From an uncultured Holophagales bacterium (GTDB lineage Bacteria > Acidobacteriota > Thermoanaerobaculia > Multivoradales > UBA5704), in NCBI GenBank assembly GCA_963842525.1, contig CAWJGT010000001.1, positions 726,215 to 790,214 on the forward strand: a stretch of DNA of 64,000 nucleotides. The letters run 5' to 3'. Below the pieces are notes generated by a model that was not told the DNA's origin, made no database searches, and saw only the letters and a list, made by a program, of their open reading frames with translations. The translations under genes were made by a program, and so were the position numbers. Positions 9,141 to 22,296 of this stretch are shown here, piece by piece. How positions within the stretch are numbered: position 1 is the first letter of the stretch; each line of letters opens with the position of its first letter.

Positions 9141-10872
9141 CATGAACGCGAAAACCCTTCTCGCCGCTCTGCTCCTGCTCCCCGCCTCTGCCTCCGCCGC
9201 TCCGGCCTGCCAGAGCCTCGCCCCGCACCTGGACGCGGGCGGCAAGGCGGTCCATGTCATCGCCGAATGGACCGGGCCGCTCGGATTCCAGCACTACCGC
9301 AAGACGGTCGCCGGCTCGCTGCGAGAAGCCGGCGCGGCCGACGCTGCAGCAAAAGTCGAGGCGCTGGAGCCGGGCCGGCCCGTGCCGCCGGAGTCGTCGG
9401 ACCTGGCCGCCTGCCTGCTGCGCCACTACACCGTGGCCCGGTACGGCGAGCGGATCGTGGCCGACCTGCGCGACCTGGTGCGCTTCCGCACCTACGCCGA
9501 AGAGGGCCGGGAGAACTGGAACGCCCCCGAATTCCTGCGCCAGCGCGAGTGGCTGGAGCGCCGCGCCCGCGACCTGCGCCTCGCCTTCAAGTCATACGAC
9601 GGACGGGTCGAGGAAGTCACTCTCGCCGGGCCGGCCCCGATCCTCGCCGTGCTCACCCACGGCGACGTGCAGGACGTCGCGAACCAGCACTGGTCCTCGC
9701 CGCCCTGGGAGGCCCACCTGGTCGGCGAAGGAGGGAGCGCGAAGATCGTGGGCCGCGGCACCGAGGACGACAAGGGGCCGATCGCGGCCACCCTCTGGTC
9801 CATGGCGGCCCTGCGCGATACCGGCTGGCCGCTGGCCAGCACCGTCCGCCTGCTGGTGGCCAATGCCGAAGAGTCGAGCTGGGAGGAGATCCCCTACTAC
9901 CTGGAGCGGGCGCCGATGCCGGACATGACGATCGGCGTCGACGCCTCCTACCCGGTGACTCATGCGCAGAAGGGCTACGGCGTCCTGACCTTCCGGGGCC
10001 GGGGGGCCACCCAGGACGAGCCGGCGGACTGGCAGGTGATGCAGATGTCCGGCGGCAGCGGCATGTCGATCATCCCGGAATCGGGCGAGGCCGTGCTCGA
10101 GCCGGTCGCCACCCGGAGCGAACGGAAGGCTGAGCTTCCCGCCGAGCTGCCCCGCCTCGCAGCAGAGTGGTCCGCGGCCCATCCGCCGGCGCGGATCACG
10201 GTGCGCCAGGAAGGGAGCAGCTTCAAGGTGACGGCCGAGGGAAAGGGAGGCCACTCGTCCGAGCCCGCGAGCGGGCACAATGCCCTGGGGGACCTCACGG
10301 CGTTCCTGGCCACCCTCCACCTGAAGATGGACGCCTGGGGTTCTCTCGCGGCCTTTGTGGGGAAATTCGTCGGGACCGAGACGGACGGCCGCTCGCTAGG
10401 CATCGCACACCGCGACGAGGTGATGGGCGACCTCACCTCGAACCTCTCCTTCCTGCGCGAAGACAAGGGCGTTCCCATCGCCGAGGTCAACATCCGGGTG
10501 CCCCGGGGCATTACCAACGCCGCGATCACCAAGCGCATCGCCGAGCTGGCTGCCGGGTTCCGGAACCTGACCGCAGCGGCCGTCGACACCGAATCCGCCC
10601 TCCTCAGCGAGCCGCACCTCGCTCCCACGGACAGCAAGCTCGTCTCGACGCTCCTCGCCGTCTGGCAGGAGGTGACTGGAACGCCCGGCCGCCCCATCGC
10701 CATCGGCGGCGGCACCCAGGCACGGCTGTTCAAGGGGGGCGTCGACTTCGGCCCGGCCAGCTCGATGGAGCACTACCGCGGCCACGGCCCGGACGAGTAC
10801 CTCACCGTCGACGAGCTCCACCGCATCGCGGAGCTCACGGTGACGGCGCTCTGGCGGCTGGGATCCCAATGA
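9141..10872 (+). CDS. Secreted M20-family metallopeptidase (dipeptidase-like)
   Basis: ATG at 9141 followed by signal peptide 'MNAKTLLAALLLLPASASA'. M20 motifs 'LTHGDVQDV', 'GRGTEDDKGPIAA', 'NAEESSWEE'. Confidence 0.7.
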
Positions 10873-10878
10873 AGGAAA

Positions 10879-12543
10879 TCAGTCCTCCACGGTGAATTCG
10901 TAGAAGAGGTCGTTGAAGACCGACCGATCGAGGAACTGATCCCATTTCTCTTTCGACAGCACCTGCGGGCTGGGCTGCGCCACGGCGCGGTCCATGACGA
11001 AGACGCGGCCCTTGGCTTTTTCGAGCAGCGCCTTGTAGATGGCCGGCAGCGGATGGACCCAGGGATCGGGTTTCAACGCCAGCGCCCATTTTTCATTGGC
11101 CGGGATCATGGCCACGAACTGGTCCGCGAGCTCCCCCTGGGCCATCTCCCGCAGCCCGCCCTTGTTCATGGTTGCGTTGTGGCTGCCGTGGTGGCCGACC
11201 TTGTAGAACACCGTGCGGCCCAATAGATCGTTCACCGTCACTTCCTCGCCGCCGGCGAGCCCGTTGGCGGCGGTCCAGCCCTTCTCGGGCCACGAGACCC
11301 AGTTGCCCCGCTGGGCGTCGCCGACGAAAAGCAAAACCTTTTTCGTCCGCGGGAGCTCGATCGCCAGCACGAGGGACGTATTGTTGATGTAGTTGTTCAG
11401 GCGCAGGGCAAACTCCTCGGCGCCGCGCAGCCAATCGGCGTCGATCCTCCGCCAGCCCCGCTCGTCGTCGTCCGGGTACTCCTTGGCAAACCCATAGTAG
11501 GCTTCGAAGAACTCACCGTGCGCGGGGTGCTTCCCCGCGGCGCTCGCCGGGATGCGGTGCCGGGGCTCGAACGGCTGGTAGGCTTCCTGCTCGTCCGAGG
11601 TGCCGGCGGCGCCGGCAACCGCGGCGAGGAAGGACTGCTCCTCGGTTGCCGCGAAGTGGAACTCCTCTTCCCCCCGGGGATCCATGTCCTTCAGCCTGGC
11701 CTCGTTCTGCGGAGGGCCCAGCGCGAAGAAACGGATTCCCGGGACGTTGGGCAAGGTCCGCGGCGCGCTGTGCGGGCTCAAGTATTCCGTGCCTTGCCGC
11801 AGGTCCGCGCGCCGCTTGACGATCTGGATTCCCTCCTTGTTGGTGATCCCCTTGATCTTTCCCGGATCGGTGGCCGCGAGCCCCCGGTCTTCATCGGACA
11901 GCTCGAATTCGAGGAGGGCTTCGAGGGTGCTCCGCACCCGCTCGTCGAACGGGTCGCTGACTCCCTGGAGCCGGTCGGCCGCGGACACCAGACCGAGCAA
12001 GGTGTCTTTATATTTCCTGCGCATTTCGTTGGCGAAATCGTTCTCAGGGTCCTCGGTCCAGGCGAGCCACAGCTTGTCGATGGTCAAATTCTCGAAGACG
12101 GCCCTCTCCGAGCGGAACCCCGAGACGTGGTCCTCGTGCTCGTGGGTAACCGCCACCAGGTTGAGGTGGCCGCCGGTGGTATCCCGGATGTGTTCCGCCA
12201 CGTCCTTGATCGGGCGGACCAGCGTCGATCCCTTCTTCATTCCGCAGTCGATCAGCATATAGAACGGCTTGCCGTCATCCTGCCGGAAAGCGAGCAAAAA
12301 ACAGTCGCCGTGCCCCTGGCGGTACATGCGGACCTTGACTCCGGACCGGGGCGGCTCCATGACGACCGACGAGGCCGGCGGGGCGCCGGACCCCGCCGTC
12401 TCGGCAGGGCTCCGCACAGGGCTGCGCTTCGCGGCCGTCTTCTTCGACTTGGCGGCGCGTTTTGGAACAGTTTTTTTCGGCGCGCGTTTCGCGGCTGCCT
12501 TCTTCGGTGCGGGCTTGGGTTTCGCGGCTGCTTTTTTCGCCAT
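10879..12543 (-). CDS. MBL-fold metallo-hydrolase with an N-terminal lysine/alanine-rich histone-H1-like tail
   Basis: 'MAKKAAAKPKPAPKKAAAKRAPKK...' tail, then 'MLIDCGMKKG...VAVTHEHEDHVSG', which is an HxHxDH metallo-beta-lactamase-fold motif. Confidence 0.65.
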   Translation of the reverse strand: MAKKAAAKPKPAPKKAAAKRAPKKTVPKRAAKSKKTAAKRSPVRSPAETAGSGAPPASSVVMEPPRSGVKVRMYRQGHGDCFLLAFRQDDGKPFYMLIDCGMKKGSTLVRPIKDVAEHIRDTTGGHLNLVAVTHEHEDHVSGFRSERAVFENLTIDKLWLAWTEDPENDFANEMRRKYKDTLLGLVSAADRLQGVSDPFDERVRSTLEALLEFELSDEDRGLAATDPGKIKGITNKEGIQIVKRRADLRQGTEYLSPHSAPRTLPNVPGIRFFALGPPQNEARLKDMDPRGEEEFHFAATEEQSFLAAVAGAAGTSDEQEAYQPFEPRHRIPASAAGKHPAHGEFFEAYYGFAKEYPDDDERGWRRIDADWLRGAEEFALRLNNYINNTSLVLAIELPRTKKVLLFVGDAQRGNWVSWPEKGWTAANGLAGGEEVTVNDLLGRTVFYKVGHHGSHNATMNKGGLREMAQGELADQFVAMIPANEKWALALKPDPWVHPLPAIYKALLEKAKGRVFVMDRAVAQPSPQVLSKEKWDQFLDRSVFNDLFYEFTVED

Positions 12544-12562
12544 GGCGGTCCTCGCAATCAGA

Positions 12563-14539
12563 TCAGAAATCAGGGACTGCTACCGTGCGGCGGTGCACGG
12601 CCGCGAAATGCTCGCCGTCGAGGTCGACGGCCGGGGCGGCGCCGTAGAACGGGTTGTCGATCGCCCCCTCTTCGCCCTGGAGGAACCTGCGGACCCGGTC
12701 CAGCTCCTGGTTGTCGGCCACATCGCCGCGGGTCGAAATGGCGTAGCGGACACATTGCCGGGCCGGGTCGAGGATCAGGGTGCAGCCGCGCCGGAAGCGG
12801 AAATCCGGGGACTCGATCTTCCCATCCCCTTCGTCGACGGCCTTCTGGACCTCGGGGTCGAAGTACCCCCGCCGGCGCTGGCGGACCTCGACCACCAGGT
12901 CGGTGACCAGCGTGTCGCGGAAGCCGCGGCGGCGGGAGACCCGCACGGAATGCACCTCCAGCGAGGGAGTGCGGCCGTCCCGGCCCCGGTAGACCGAACG
13001 CGGTGCGCCGGGGTCCAGGGTCAGCCCGAAGGCAGCCAGTTGGCGCCGCATCGACTCCTGCATCAGCCAGAAGTAAGTGATCTTCGCGTTCTCCTCCATC
13101 GTGTCGAAGACCTTCTTGCGTTCCGTGGTCAGGTCCCAGTCGAGCGTCAGCTTCCCGACCTCCTTCTTGCCGTCCTTGCCGGCGGGCATCTCGATGCCCT
13201 CGAAAAGAGCCTTGGTTGCCGATTGATCGTAGGCGGCTTCACCCGCTCCGTCTTCGTCCAGCAGCGGGAAGCGGAGGTCGCTCTCCGCCATGCTCCGCAC
13301 TCCCTCGGGGTAGATCCCCCACTGCCGGAAGGCCTCGATGAACGCCACCCGCTGATTGTTCTGGTCATGGGGATAGACCTCGGTATCGGCGGTGACCACG
13401 GCCCGCAGGTAGGTGCCGAAATCGACGTCCACCGGCGGGCAATAATCGAGCCCACGAATGCACATGGTCAACACGGCGTCGGCGACCGCCGCAGCCTCCC
13501 GGGCCAGCCGGCGGACGAGATCGGGATGGATCTCCCCCTCGCGCAGGACGCCCGTGCCGTTGGTGGCAATGCGGAGGAGATCGGCGCTGCGCGCCTTGTA
13601 GATGGCCAGGAACGCCGAGAACACGGCGGCCAGCAGGATGCCGCCCCGGTCGTGCGGCAGGTGGGCCTCCTGCAGCCGCGCAGGATCGGGCTTGTGGGCC
13701 TCCCAGACCCCGTCCGCGTTCTTGCTCCCCAGCGCCTCGCGGAGGGCGCCGCGCTTCCCCAGGGCCTGGCCGAACTGCTGCGCCAGCTCGCCGAGCATGC
13801 TCTGCCGCTCCAGGTTGCCGCGGGTCCTGGCGATCTGGTGCGCGAGGATCTCCGGATGCGCAAAACGCTGGAAGATGGCCACGATGTCGGCGAACCCCTC
13901 GTGCAGCGCGTGCACGTCCGGGTTCGTAGCCTCGTTGAAGGAGGGGTGCAGCCCGTCGAGCAGCGCGTGCGTGGTCTCATGCGCCACCACGTCGTAGGAC
14001 AGGCTGGTGAAGACCATGCCGCCCGGCGCCTGCCCCGGTCCCCGGCCGCGGGTGGGAAAATACCCGAACAACAGCGCCTTCTTGCGCGGGCTGTAGTAGG
14101 CGTTGGCCTCCCGCAAAGCGTGCGGATAGATCCGCAGGCGGGGGACGAATTGCTCGCCGGTGACCTGGCCTTCCTTGTTGCGGATCACCCGCTTGGCCCA
14201 CAACGCCACCCGGCCGAGGGCCCGTTCGAAGTGGTCGATGGTGTTCATCGCCACGGCGTACACCATCTGCTGGTGGAACTGCGGCCCCCCTTCGGCCGGC
14301 GAGAGGCCGTCCTGAGCCAGTAGGAAGGGGTGATTCAGATCCACCGGGGCATAGAAGGCATCGCTGGCGGGGTCGAAATCCACCACCTCGATGTAGTCGC
14401 CGACCGGGCCGGGCTTCAGCCCCTCCTCCCAGGCCAGCTCCAGCGTCAGCTCGCTGATCGACAGGGTATCCAACTGCGCGCGGACGCCCGGATCAAAGGC
14501 GAACACCCGCAATCTGCGCTGAGCCGGCTTCTGGTTCAT
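12563..14539 (-). CDS. Thermolysin-like (M4-type gluzincin) zinc metallopeptidase with no obvious signal peptide
   Basis: 'VVAHETTHALLDG' followed about 20 aa later by 'HEGFADIVA' (HExxH...E spacing as in thermolysin). 'NAYYSPRKKALLFGYF' resembles thermolysin 'NAFWNGSQMVYGDG'. It lies 20 nt upstream of the MBL gene on the same strand. Confidence 0.6.
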   Translation of the reverse strand: MNQKPAQRRLRVFAFDPGVRAQLDTLSISELTLELAWEEGLKPGPVGDYIEVVDFDPASDAFYAPVDLNHPFLLAQDGLSPAEGGPQFHQQMVYAVAMNTIDHFERALGRVALWAKRVIRNKEGQVTGEQFVPRLRIYPHALREANAYYSPRKKALLFGYFPTRGRGPGQAPGGMVFTSLSYDVVAHETTHALLDGLHPSFNEATNPDVHALHEGFADIVAIFQRFAHPEILAHQIARTRGNLERQSMLGELAQQFGQALGKRGALREALGSKNADGVWEAHKPDPARLQEAHLPHDRGGILLAAVFSAFLAIYKARSADLLRIATNGTGVLREGEIHPDLVRRLAREAAAVADAVLTMCIRGLDYCPPVDVDFGTYLRAVVTADTEVYPHDQNNQRVAFIEAFRQWGIYPEGVRSMAESDLRFPLLDEDGAGEAAYDQSATKALFEGIEMPAGKDGKKEVGKLTLDWDLTTERKKVFDTMEENAKITYFWLMQESMRRQLAAFGLTLDPGAPRSVYRGRDGRTPSLEVHSVRVSRRRGFRDTLVTDLVVEVRQRRRGYFDPEVQKAVDEGDGKIESPDFRFRRGCTLILDPARQCVRYAISTRGDVADNQELDRVRRFLQGEEGAIDNPFYGAAPAVDLDGEHFAAVHRRTVAVPDF

Positions 14540-14658
14540 CGTCCACCTCCTGCAAAGCTAGGTCTCCCCGATCCTATGGTCTCTGGCGCGTCGCGTCAAA
14601 GCTATAGGGAATGTGCCATGAGCGGACTGCCCTGCGCCGTATTCAAAACCCGCCATGT

Positions 14659-14690
14659 AGGGGCGGGGCTTGTCCCCGCCCGGGAGGGGA
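14659..14690 (-). terminator. GC hairpin (ggggcggggcttgtccccgcccgg) downstream of the OYE gene; weak terminator candidate
   Basis: A 9-10-bp perfect stem. The T-run on the minus strand is displaced by ~13 nt. Confidence 0.3.
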
Positions 14691-14839
14691 TAAACTAGCG
14701 CCTGGGATCTCGCCAGATCACCTGCTCGTCCCGGCGCGACGAAAAGAAGTCCGTACACGTCCCATCTCCGCGACCCGTCACGCCGCCATCCGGGTGGCAC
14801 AACAGGGCCCCTGACTCCTCGTACAGGTCGCTGTAAACG

Positions 14840-17564
<2,725 letters not shown>

Positions 17565-17624
17565 CTGCCTTTCGATGGTCCTTTCGAGACGAGGCGGAGC
17601 TACGCTCAGGATGTCCAGCGGAGA

Positions 17625-18332
17625 TCAGAGGATGGTACCCATCTTGTCCCAGGTCGTCGCATCGTAGCCGAGCACTGGCTGACCACTGGCGGAGACCGTG
17701 CTGAAATCCCAGGCGGCGGTCTTCGAGAACATCAGCTTGGCGATCGCTTTGCTTGCTCCAGACGCGAACTTGCCCTTGTACTCGTTCTCGTAGATGGTCC
17801 CGCGCGGCGCGCGGCCGGAGGCGAGGGTCAAACCGAAGCCGTAGAGATGGTTGATCTCCTGCGCCGTACATGGCACGATCGCATTTTCGAGGATCTCGAC
17901 TCCGTAGGTATCCTTGAGCAACCCTTTGAGGTCGGCGAGAGTCCGGAGGGCATGCCCACCTCCAAGGATCCCCACCACCTCGTCGTCTTCGGAGTCGCTC
18001 TGTCCACCACTCGCCGCCGCCACAGCAGCAGCGGAGCTCACGTGAGCACGTTGGATCGTGCCTCGGAAAACGCCATTCGTCCTCTGTGCGGTTTTCGCCT
18101 GAGCCATCCGCGCCAAGGCGCTTTGCACGTGTGGCGCAACAGGTCGCGCCGCCGCATGCGGAGTCTGGACCAGGTTTGATACCGCTGATGAAGACTGTGT
18201 CGCCGGCAATGACCTCTCCGGCATCTTTGCTTGAGCCATACCCGCGACGGCTGCCTGCACATGCGCAGCCGGAGCACGCGCCGGGACAAGTGGCAGATGC
18301 GACGGCATCGACGGCTTTCCTGGCATGGGCAA
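17625..18332 (-). CDS. Hypothetical protein with an N-terminal Pro/Ala-rich region carrying a repeated 'AAHVQAA(L/V)..MAQAK' motif and an unknown C-terminal domain
   Basis: 'APAAHVQAAVAGMAQAK' and 'PVAPHVQSALARMAQAK' repeats. The motif is shared with the N-terminus of the ART-like protein at 55748..56740. It is co-oriented with the SIR2 gene. Confidence 0.5.
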   Translation of the reverse strand: MPMPGKPSMPSHLPLVPARAPAAHVQAAVAGMAQAKMPERSLPATQSSSAVSNLVQTPHAAARPVAPHVQSALARMAQAKTAQRTNGVFRGTIQRAHVSSAAAVAAASGGQSDSEDDEVVGILGGGHALRTLADLKGLLKDTYGVEILENAIVPCTAQEINHLYGFGLTLASGRAPRGTIYENEYKGKFASGASKAIAKLMFSKTAAWDFSTVSASGQPVLGYDATTWDKMGTIL

Positions 18333-18504
18333 GCCTCCTGGAACCGTGGACGGACTGCGACCCTTCTCAGAGTACTCCTATCCTTCCTGATTAACAATGC
18401 AAGGGGCGAGAGCAGCGAGAGCGGCTGTCGAGGCTGCGGCGAGTCGCCGAAGCGTTGTAAGGTTCCCTGGGACGAGGCACCCCCGAGGGAAAGGGAGCTC
18501 TCTG

Positions 18505-19627
18505 ATGTGGACATCCACCCGGTTCACGGAGCGGTTCGGCCGCCGCTATCCGATCGTGCAGGGGCCGATGGGGGGCGGCGCGTCGACGCCTGAGCTGGTG
18601 GCGGCGGTCTCGGGCGCAGGTGGGCTGGGATCGCTCGGCTGCTATCACCTGGAGCCCGCCGCGATCCTGCGCGCCGCGGCCGACATCCGGCGCCTGACCG
18701 ACGAGCCGTTTGCCCTCAACCTCTGGATCCCCCGCGAGCAGGAGGACGCCGGAAGCCCTACGACCCCTGTAGGGGCAACCCTTGTGGTTGCCCACGGTCC
18801 CGAGGCTGCCCGGGCCCTGACGCGTCTCCAGCCGTACCGGGACGAGCTCGGGCTGCCGCCCTTCACGGAGCCTCCGGCGCCCACCGTCCAGGACTTCGAG
18901 CTGCAGTTCGAACGCCGTGCTCGAAGCCCGGCCCGCTGCCTTCAGCTTCATCTTCGGTTTGCTGCCCGCGCCGATGGTGGCGGCGGCGCACCGGCGGGGG
19001 ATCGAGCTGATCGGCACTGCGACGACAGTCGACGAGGCCGAGGCCCTGGAGGCGAGCGGCGTCGACCTCGTGTGCGCCTCCGGGTTCGAGGCCGGGGGGC
19101 ACCGCGGCAGCTTCCTCCGTCCCGCGGAGCAGTCGCTCACCGGCACGCTGTCGCTCGTCCCCCAGGTCGTGAGCGCCGTGCGGGTTCCGGTGCTGGCCGC
19201 GGGCGGCATCGCCGACGGCCGCGGCGTTGCGGCGGCTCTGGTGCTCGGCGCCGAGGCGGCGCAGATCGGCACGGCCTTCCTGATGTGCCGGGAGTCCGGA
19301 GCGAGCGACCTCCATCGTGCTGCCCTCGCGGACCACGCTCGCGCGCGGCGCACCACCCTCTCCCGGGCCTACACCGGCCGGCTCGCGCGGATGCTCGCCA
19401 ACCGCTTCACGGACGAGATGGCTCAGCCCCCCACCGAGATCCTCCCCTGGCCGCACCAGAACGAGCTCACCCGGGAAGCTCGCCTTGCAGCGGCCCGCGA
19501 CGGCCGCGAGGACCTTCTGCCGTTTTACGGCGGCCAGTCGGCATCCCTGGCTTCCCCCGGTTCTGCCGCCGACCTCGTGGCAACCCTGGCCGCGGAGACC
19601 CGCGAAGCTTTCGAGCGGTCCGCGTAA
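18505..19627 (+). CDS. Nitronate monooxygenase (NMO / 2-nitropropane dioxygenase family); apparent frameshift near 18905-18915
   Basis: RBS aagggag, then 'MWTSTRFTERFGRRYPIVQGPMGGGASTPELVAAVSGAGGLGSLG'. The C-terminal part continues in another frame: 'LEARPAAFSFIFGLLP...DLVCASGFEAGGHRGSF...VPVLAAGGIADGRG'. Confidence 0.7.
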
Positions 19628-19639
19628 GGGGGCAGCCCC

Positions 19640-20150
19640 GAGCACTTCGCGCCGAACGTCGCAAACGGAGCTTCCTTTGCGACGAGTCAGCCATTCAGCA
19701 GCGCACCCAATCCATGTCTCGGCGCAAAGAAGCGATTCAGTGCGACGCGATAGAGATTCAGCGGTGCAAAGATCGATCTCGCGTCGCACTGGATCGATCC
19801 TTTGCGCCTCGATAAGCCTTCCTCGATTCCTGGATGGGTTTTGCGCCACGACGAAGCGCTACGCCGTCGCACGTAGACCTGCGACGGCGCAATAGAGTCG
19901 CACATCGGCGCAAAATAGACTCTCATCGCCTCGCTGTGCGCCAACAGAGCGACGACGAAGGCTTTGTCGTCGCAAATTATCGATAGAGAGTCGCAAAGGA
20001 TAGATTCGCGGCGCACTCTAGTCATCCAACGGCGCACTGAACGCTTCTTTGCGCCGGGCAAACGGATACTGCGTGACCCGCTGCCGTTGTCTGCGAGGCC
20101 CCGCCGGGCCTTTGCGCCAGCGGGTGTACAATGGAGCCTCGATCTGGAGC
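19640..20150. repeat. Intergenic array of short palindromes built on TGCGAC/GTCGCA and GGCGCAA/TTGCGCC cores
   Basis: For example, gtgcgacgcga...N28...tcgcgtcgcac, and cgccgtcgca-cgtagacc-tgcgacggcg. There are more than 15 occurrences of these cores within ~500 bp. Confidence 0.6.
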
Positions 20151-20157
20151 CCGCACC

Positions 20158-20553
20158 ATGAACCGTTTCCTTCGCCCGTTGCCCGCCCTTCTTGCCATCC
20201 TATGGCTCGCCGCCACCGCGCTATCCGCGCAGGAGACCGGCGACCGCGCCGGCGAGGCACCCTCGCGCCGTCACCATCGGTACCCACGGCCTCGTCGAAC
20301 GCGGCCAGGGGCCTCGAGGCCAGGGGCGGTGGCGAGGGTTCCCGATCAGCGTCAGCCTGCGCGACGCGCCGCTGCCGGAAGTCCTCCGCGCGTTCGCCCA
20401 AATCGCCGGCTTCAACCTGGTCCTCGACCCCAGGATCCCCCAGGGGACCGTGACGGTCGAGCTCAAAGACGTGCCCTGGGACCAGGCGCTGCACGTGATC
20501 CTCAAGACCCACGGCCTCGCAGCCGAGGTCGCGGCCGGTTGTGGTTGATCGCC
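20158..20553 (+). pseudogene. Small secretin-N/STN-like domain protein (signal peptide plus a PilQ-N0-like domain), broken by at least 2 frameshifts
   Basis: 'MNRFLRPLPALLAILWLAATALSAQE' in one frame. The domain 'ISVSLRDAPLPEVLRAFAQIAGFNLVLDPRIPQGTVTVELKDVPWDQALHVILKTHGLAAEV' is in another frame, with a third shift at the end. Confidence 0.5.
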
Positions 20554-20944
20554 CTTTAAAACGCCCTCACGGGCCTCTTCGGGAGTGGAGGAACGGTGCT
20601 GGGCAGCCTTGGATGAAGGGGTCCGGACGAGCGCACGGTCGACGGACGCCTCTCGACCGGGATCGTCAGGCCCGCCCTGACCTGAAGCTCTCCAAGGCGG
20701 GCGGAAAGGCTGCGGGGAGCGCTCTTCCGCCGATGGAGCGACCTGCGCTTGCTGGAACGGAGGAGAGGTCGGAGCAGCCAGTCCGGAAGCTCTGGGAGGT
20801 GCGCAGCCACGGCTGGATTCTCGCACACTGGGTTGGCGAAGTCTCCCGCAAAGATCTCAGCATCCAGGCACGATCCGCAGGAATCCCCGACGCTCAGCTC
20901 CTGATCCCTGCGGACGGGGAGGCTTTGGAACTCGTCCTCAGATC

Positions 20945-20980
20945 TTGACGCTAGTGCCCAGCAGACGCTAGTATTTTGGC
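20945..20980 (+). promoter_or_regulatory. Sigma70-like promoter candidate for the TIR operon (TTGACG-N18-TAGTAT) in a locally AT-richer stretch
   Basis: 'ttgacgctagtgcccagcagacgctagtatttt' lies ~50 nt upstream of the ATG at 21028. Confidence 0.3.
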
Positions 20981-21027
20981 ATACTCACTGCAGCACAGCT
21001 ACTCTTGGATGCCGAGGACCCGAAAGA

Positions 21028-22296
21028 ATGCCTTACGAATTTTTCTTCAGCTATACGCGGGCCAATAATGACGATTATCTCCGGAAATTCTTTGCCGAGC
21101 TGAACGACGCGGTCCGCCGCAAGGCCGGTTATCCCCAGGGGACCCTGACGGGCTTTTTCGACCAGAAGCGCCTCGAAGCGGGCACGGAATGGAACCAAGC
21201 CCTGGTCACCGCGCTCCAGGAAAGCGCGACCCTGGTCTGCGTCTACTCTCCCGCCTACTTCAAGAGCGAGTTTTGCGGACGGGAGTGGGGGGTTTTCGAG
21301 GAGCGCTGGCGGCTTCATGGGGCGCTTCGGCAGGCAGCAGATCCCGCAACCTCGGAGTGGCCCTCCGTTATCAAGCCTGTCCTCTGGATCCCGCTCCAGG
21401 AAGATCTCCCGGCCGGCGTTGGCAGCAAGCAGTTGGCTGGCGGCAACCCGCAGGGGGCGTTGAGCACGGTGGGTCTACTCAACATGCGGATGAGATATTC
21501 GAAGTACAGGATCGGTTATTTGGACTTCATCGACAAACTTGCGGATGAGATCCTGAAGGCCCGCGGTATTTATAAAGGCAAGCTGCCACGGGTGACTCCC
21601 GAGCCTGACTTCCGGACTTTCCAGAGCGCCTTTCACGCACCGCCGGCTCCTGGACAGGCTGCGGCTCCGAAGCCACAGGACCGTGGTCCCAATGGCGTCC
21701 AGTTCGTCTTCGTCGCCGGGAAACCTGACGAGTTGCGGGGGACCCGCAGCGTCGACAGCTACGAGCAGAAAGGGGGCAGGGATTGGAAACCCTATTACCC
21801 TCAAAAGCTCAGGCCTATCGGAGCCCTCGCTCAAGGCGTCGCCGCGAGCGAGGACCTCGACTTCTTCAGCGAGGAATTGCCCTTTAGCGCACAATTGCCC
21901 CAGGACGTGCGCAACGCCGAGAATCAGGCGAACATCGTGGTTTTAGTCGTCGACGGATGGACCGCTACATTGCCTTCCTACGATCAGATCCTCGAGCAGT
22001 TCGACAAGGAGGGCTACTTCAACTGCAGCGTCCTGGTCCCTTGGAACGACGCCGATGCCGAGACCGCCCAGCAGCGTGCCGCGCTCGAAGCCCAGGTCCG
22101 CAGCGTCTTCCGCCGGCACTCGAGACATCCGCTCTATTTCCGGGACGCCATCACATCGGAAGAAGATCTGAGGGAGCAGCTCCGTGACGTACTGATCCGC
22201 CTCAAGGCAGAGGTTTTCAACCAGGCCCCAGTGAGTCGGCCGGTGCCGAACGGCGGAGTCAAGCCCGTCGTCTCGGGTCCTGGAGGTGACCGGTGA
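21028..22296 (+). CDS. TIR-domain protein (N-terminal TIR, ~280-aa unknown C-terminal region)
   Basis: 'MPYEFFFSYTRANNDDYLRKFF...' (FxSY box) and 'SPAYFKSEFCGREW' (SxxYxxSxxCxxEW, with a candidate catalytic Glu). GC is visibly lower than in flanking genes. Its stop overlaps the start of the next gene (gtGA). Confidence 0.75.
   Translation: MPYEFFFSYTRANNDDYLRKFFAELNDAVRRKAGYPQGTLTGFFDQKRLEAGTEWNQALVTALQESATLVCVYSPAYFKSEFCGREWGVFEERWRLHGALRQAADPATSEWPSVIKPVLWIPLQEDLPAGVGSKQLAGGNPQGALSTVGLLNMRMRYSKYRIGYLDFIDKLADEILKARGIYKGKLPRVTPEPDFRTFQSAFHAPPAPGQAAAPKPQDRGPNGVQFVFVAGKPDELRGTRSVDSYEQKGGRDWKPYYPQKLRPIGALAQGVAASEDLDFFSEELPFSAQLPQDVRNAENQANIVVLVVDGWTATLPSYDQILEQFDKEGYFNCSVLVPWNDADAETAQQRAALEAQVRSVFRRHSRHPLYFRDAITSEEDLREQLRDVLIRLKAEVFNQAPVSRPVPNGGVKPVVSGPGGDR

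Noticed and set aside
12269-14323. 684-aa plus-strand ORF
   Set aside because: Antisense to the MBL and M4 protease genes. No recognisable domains.
19687-20061. 124-aa minus-strand ORF with repeated 'SIQCDA / VYFAPMCDS' peptides
   Set aside because: The peptide repeats merely mirror the TGCGAC/GGCGCAA DNA palindromes of the intergenic region.
20541-20948. 135-aa ORF upstream of the TIR gene
   Set aside because: No motifs. It lies in the promoter/leader region and overlaps the 3' end of the secretin-N copy.
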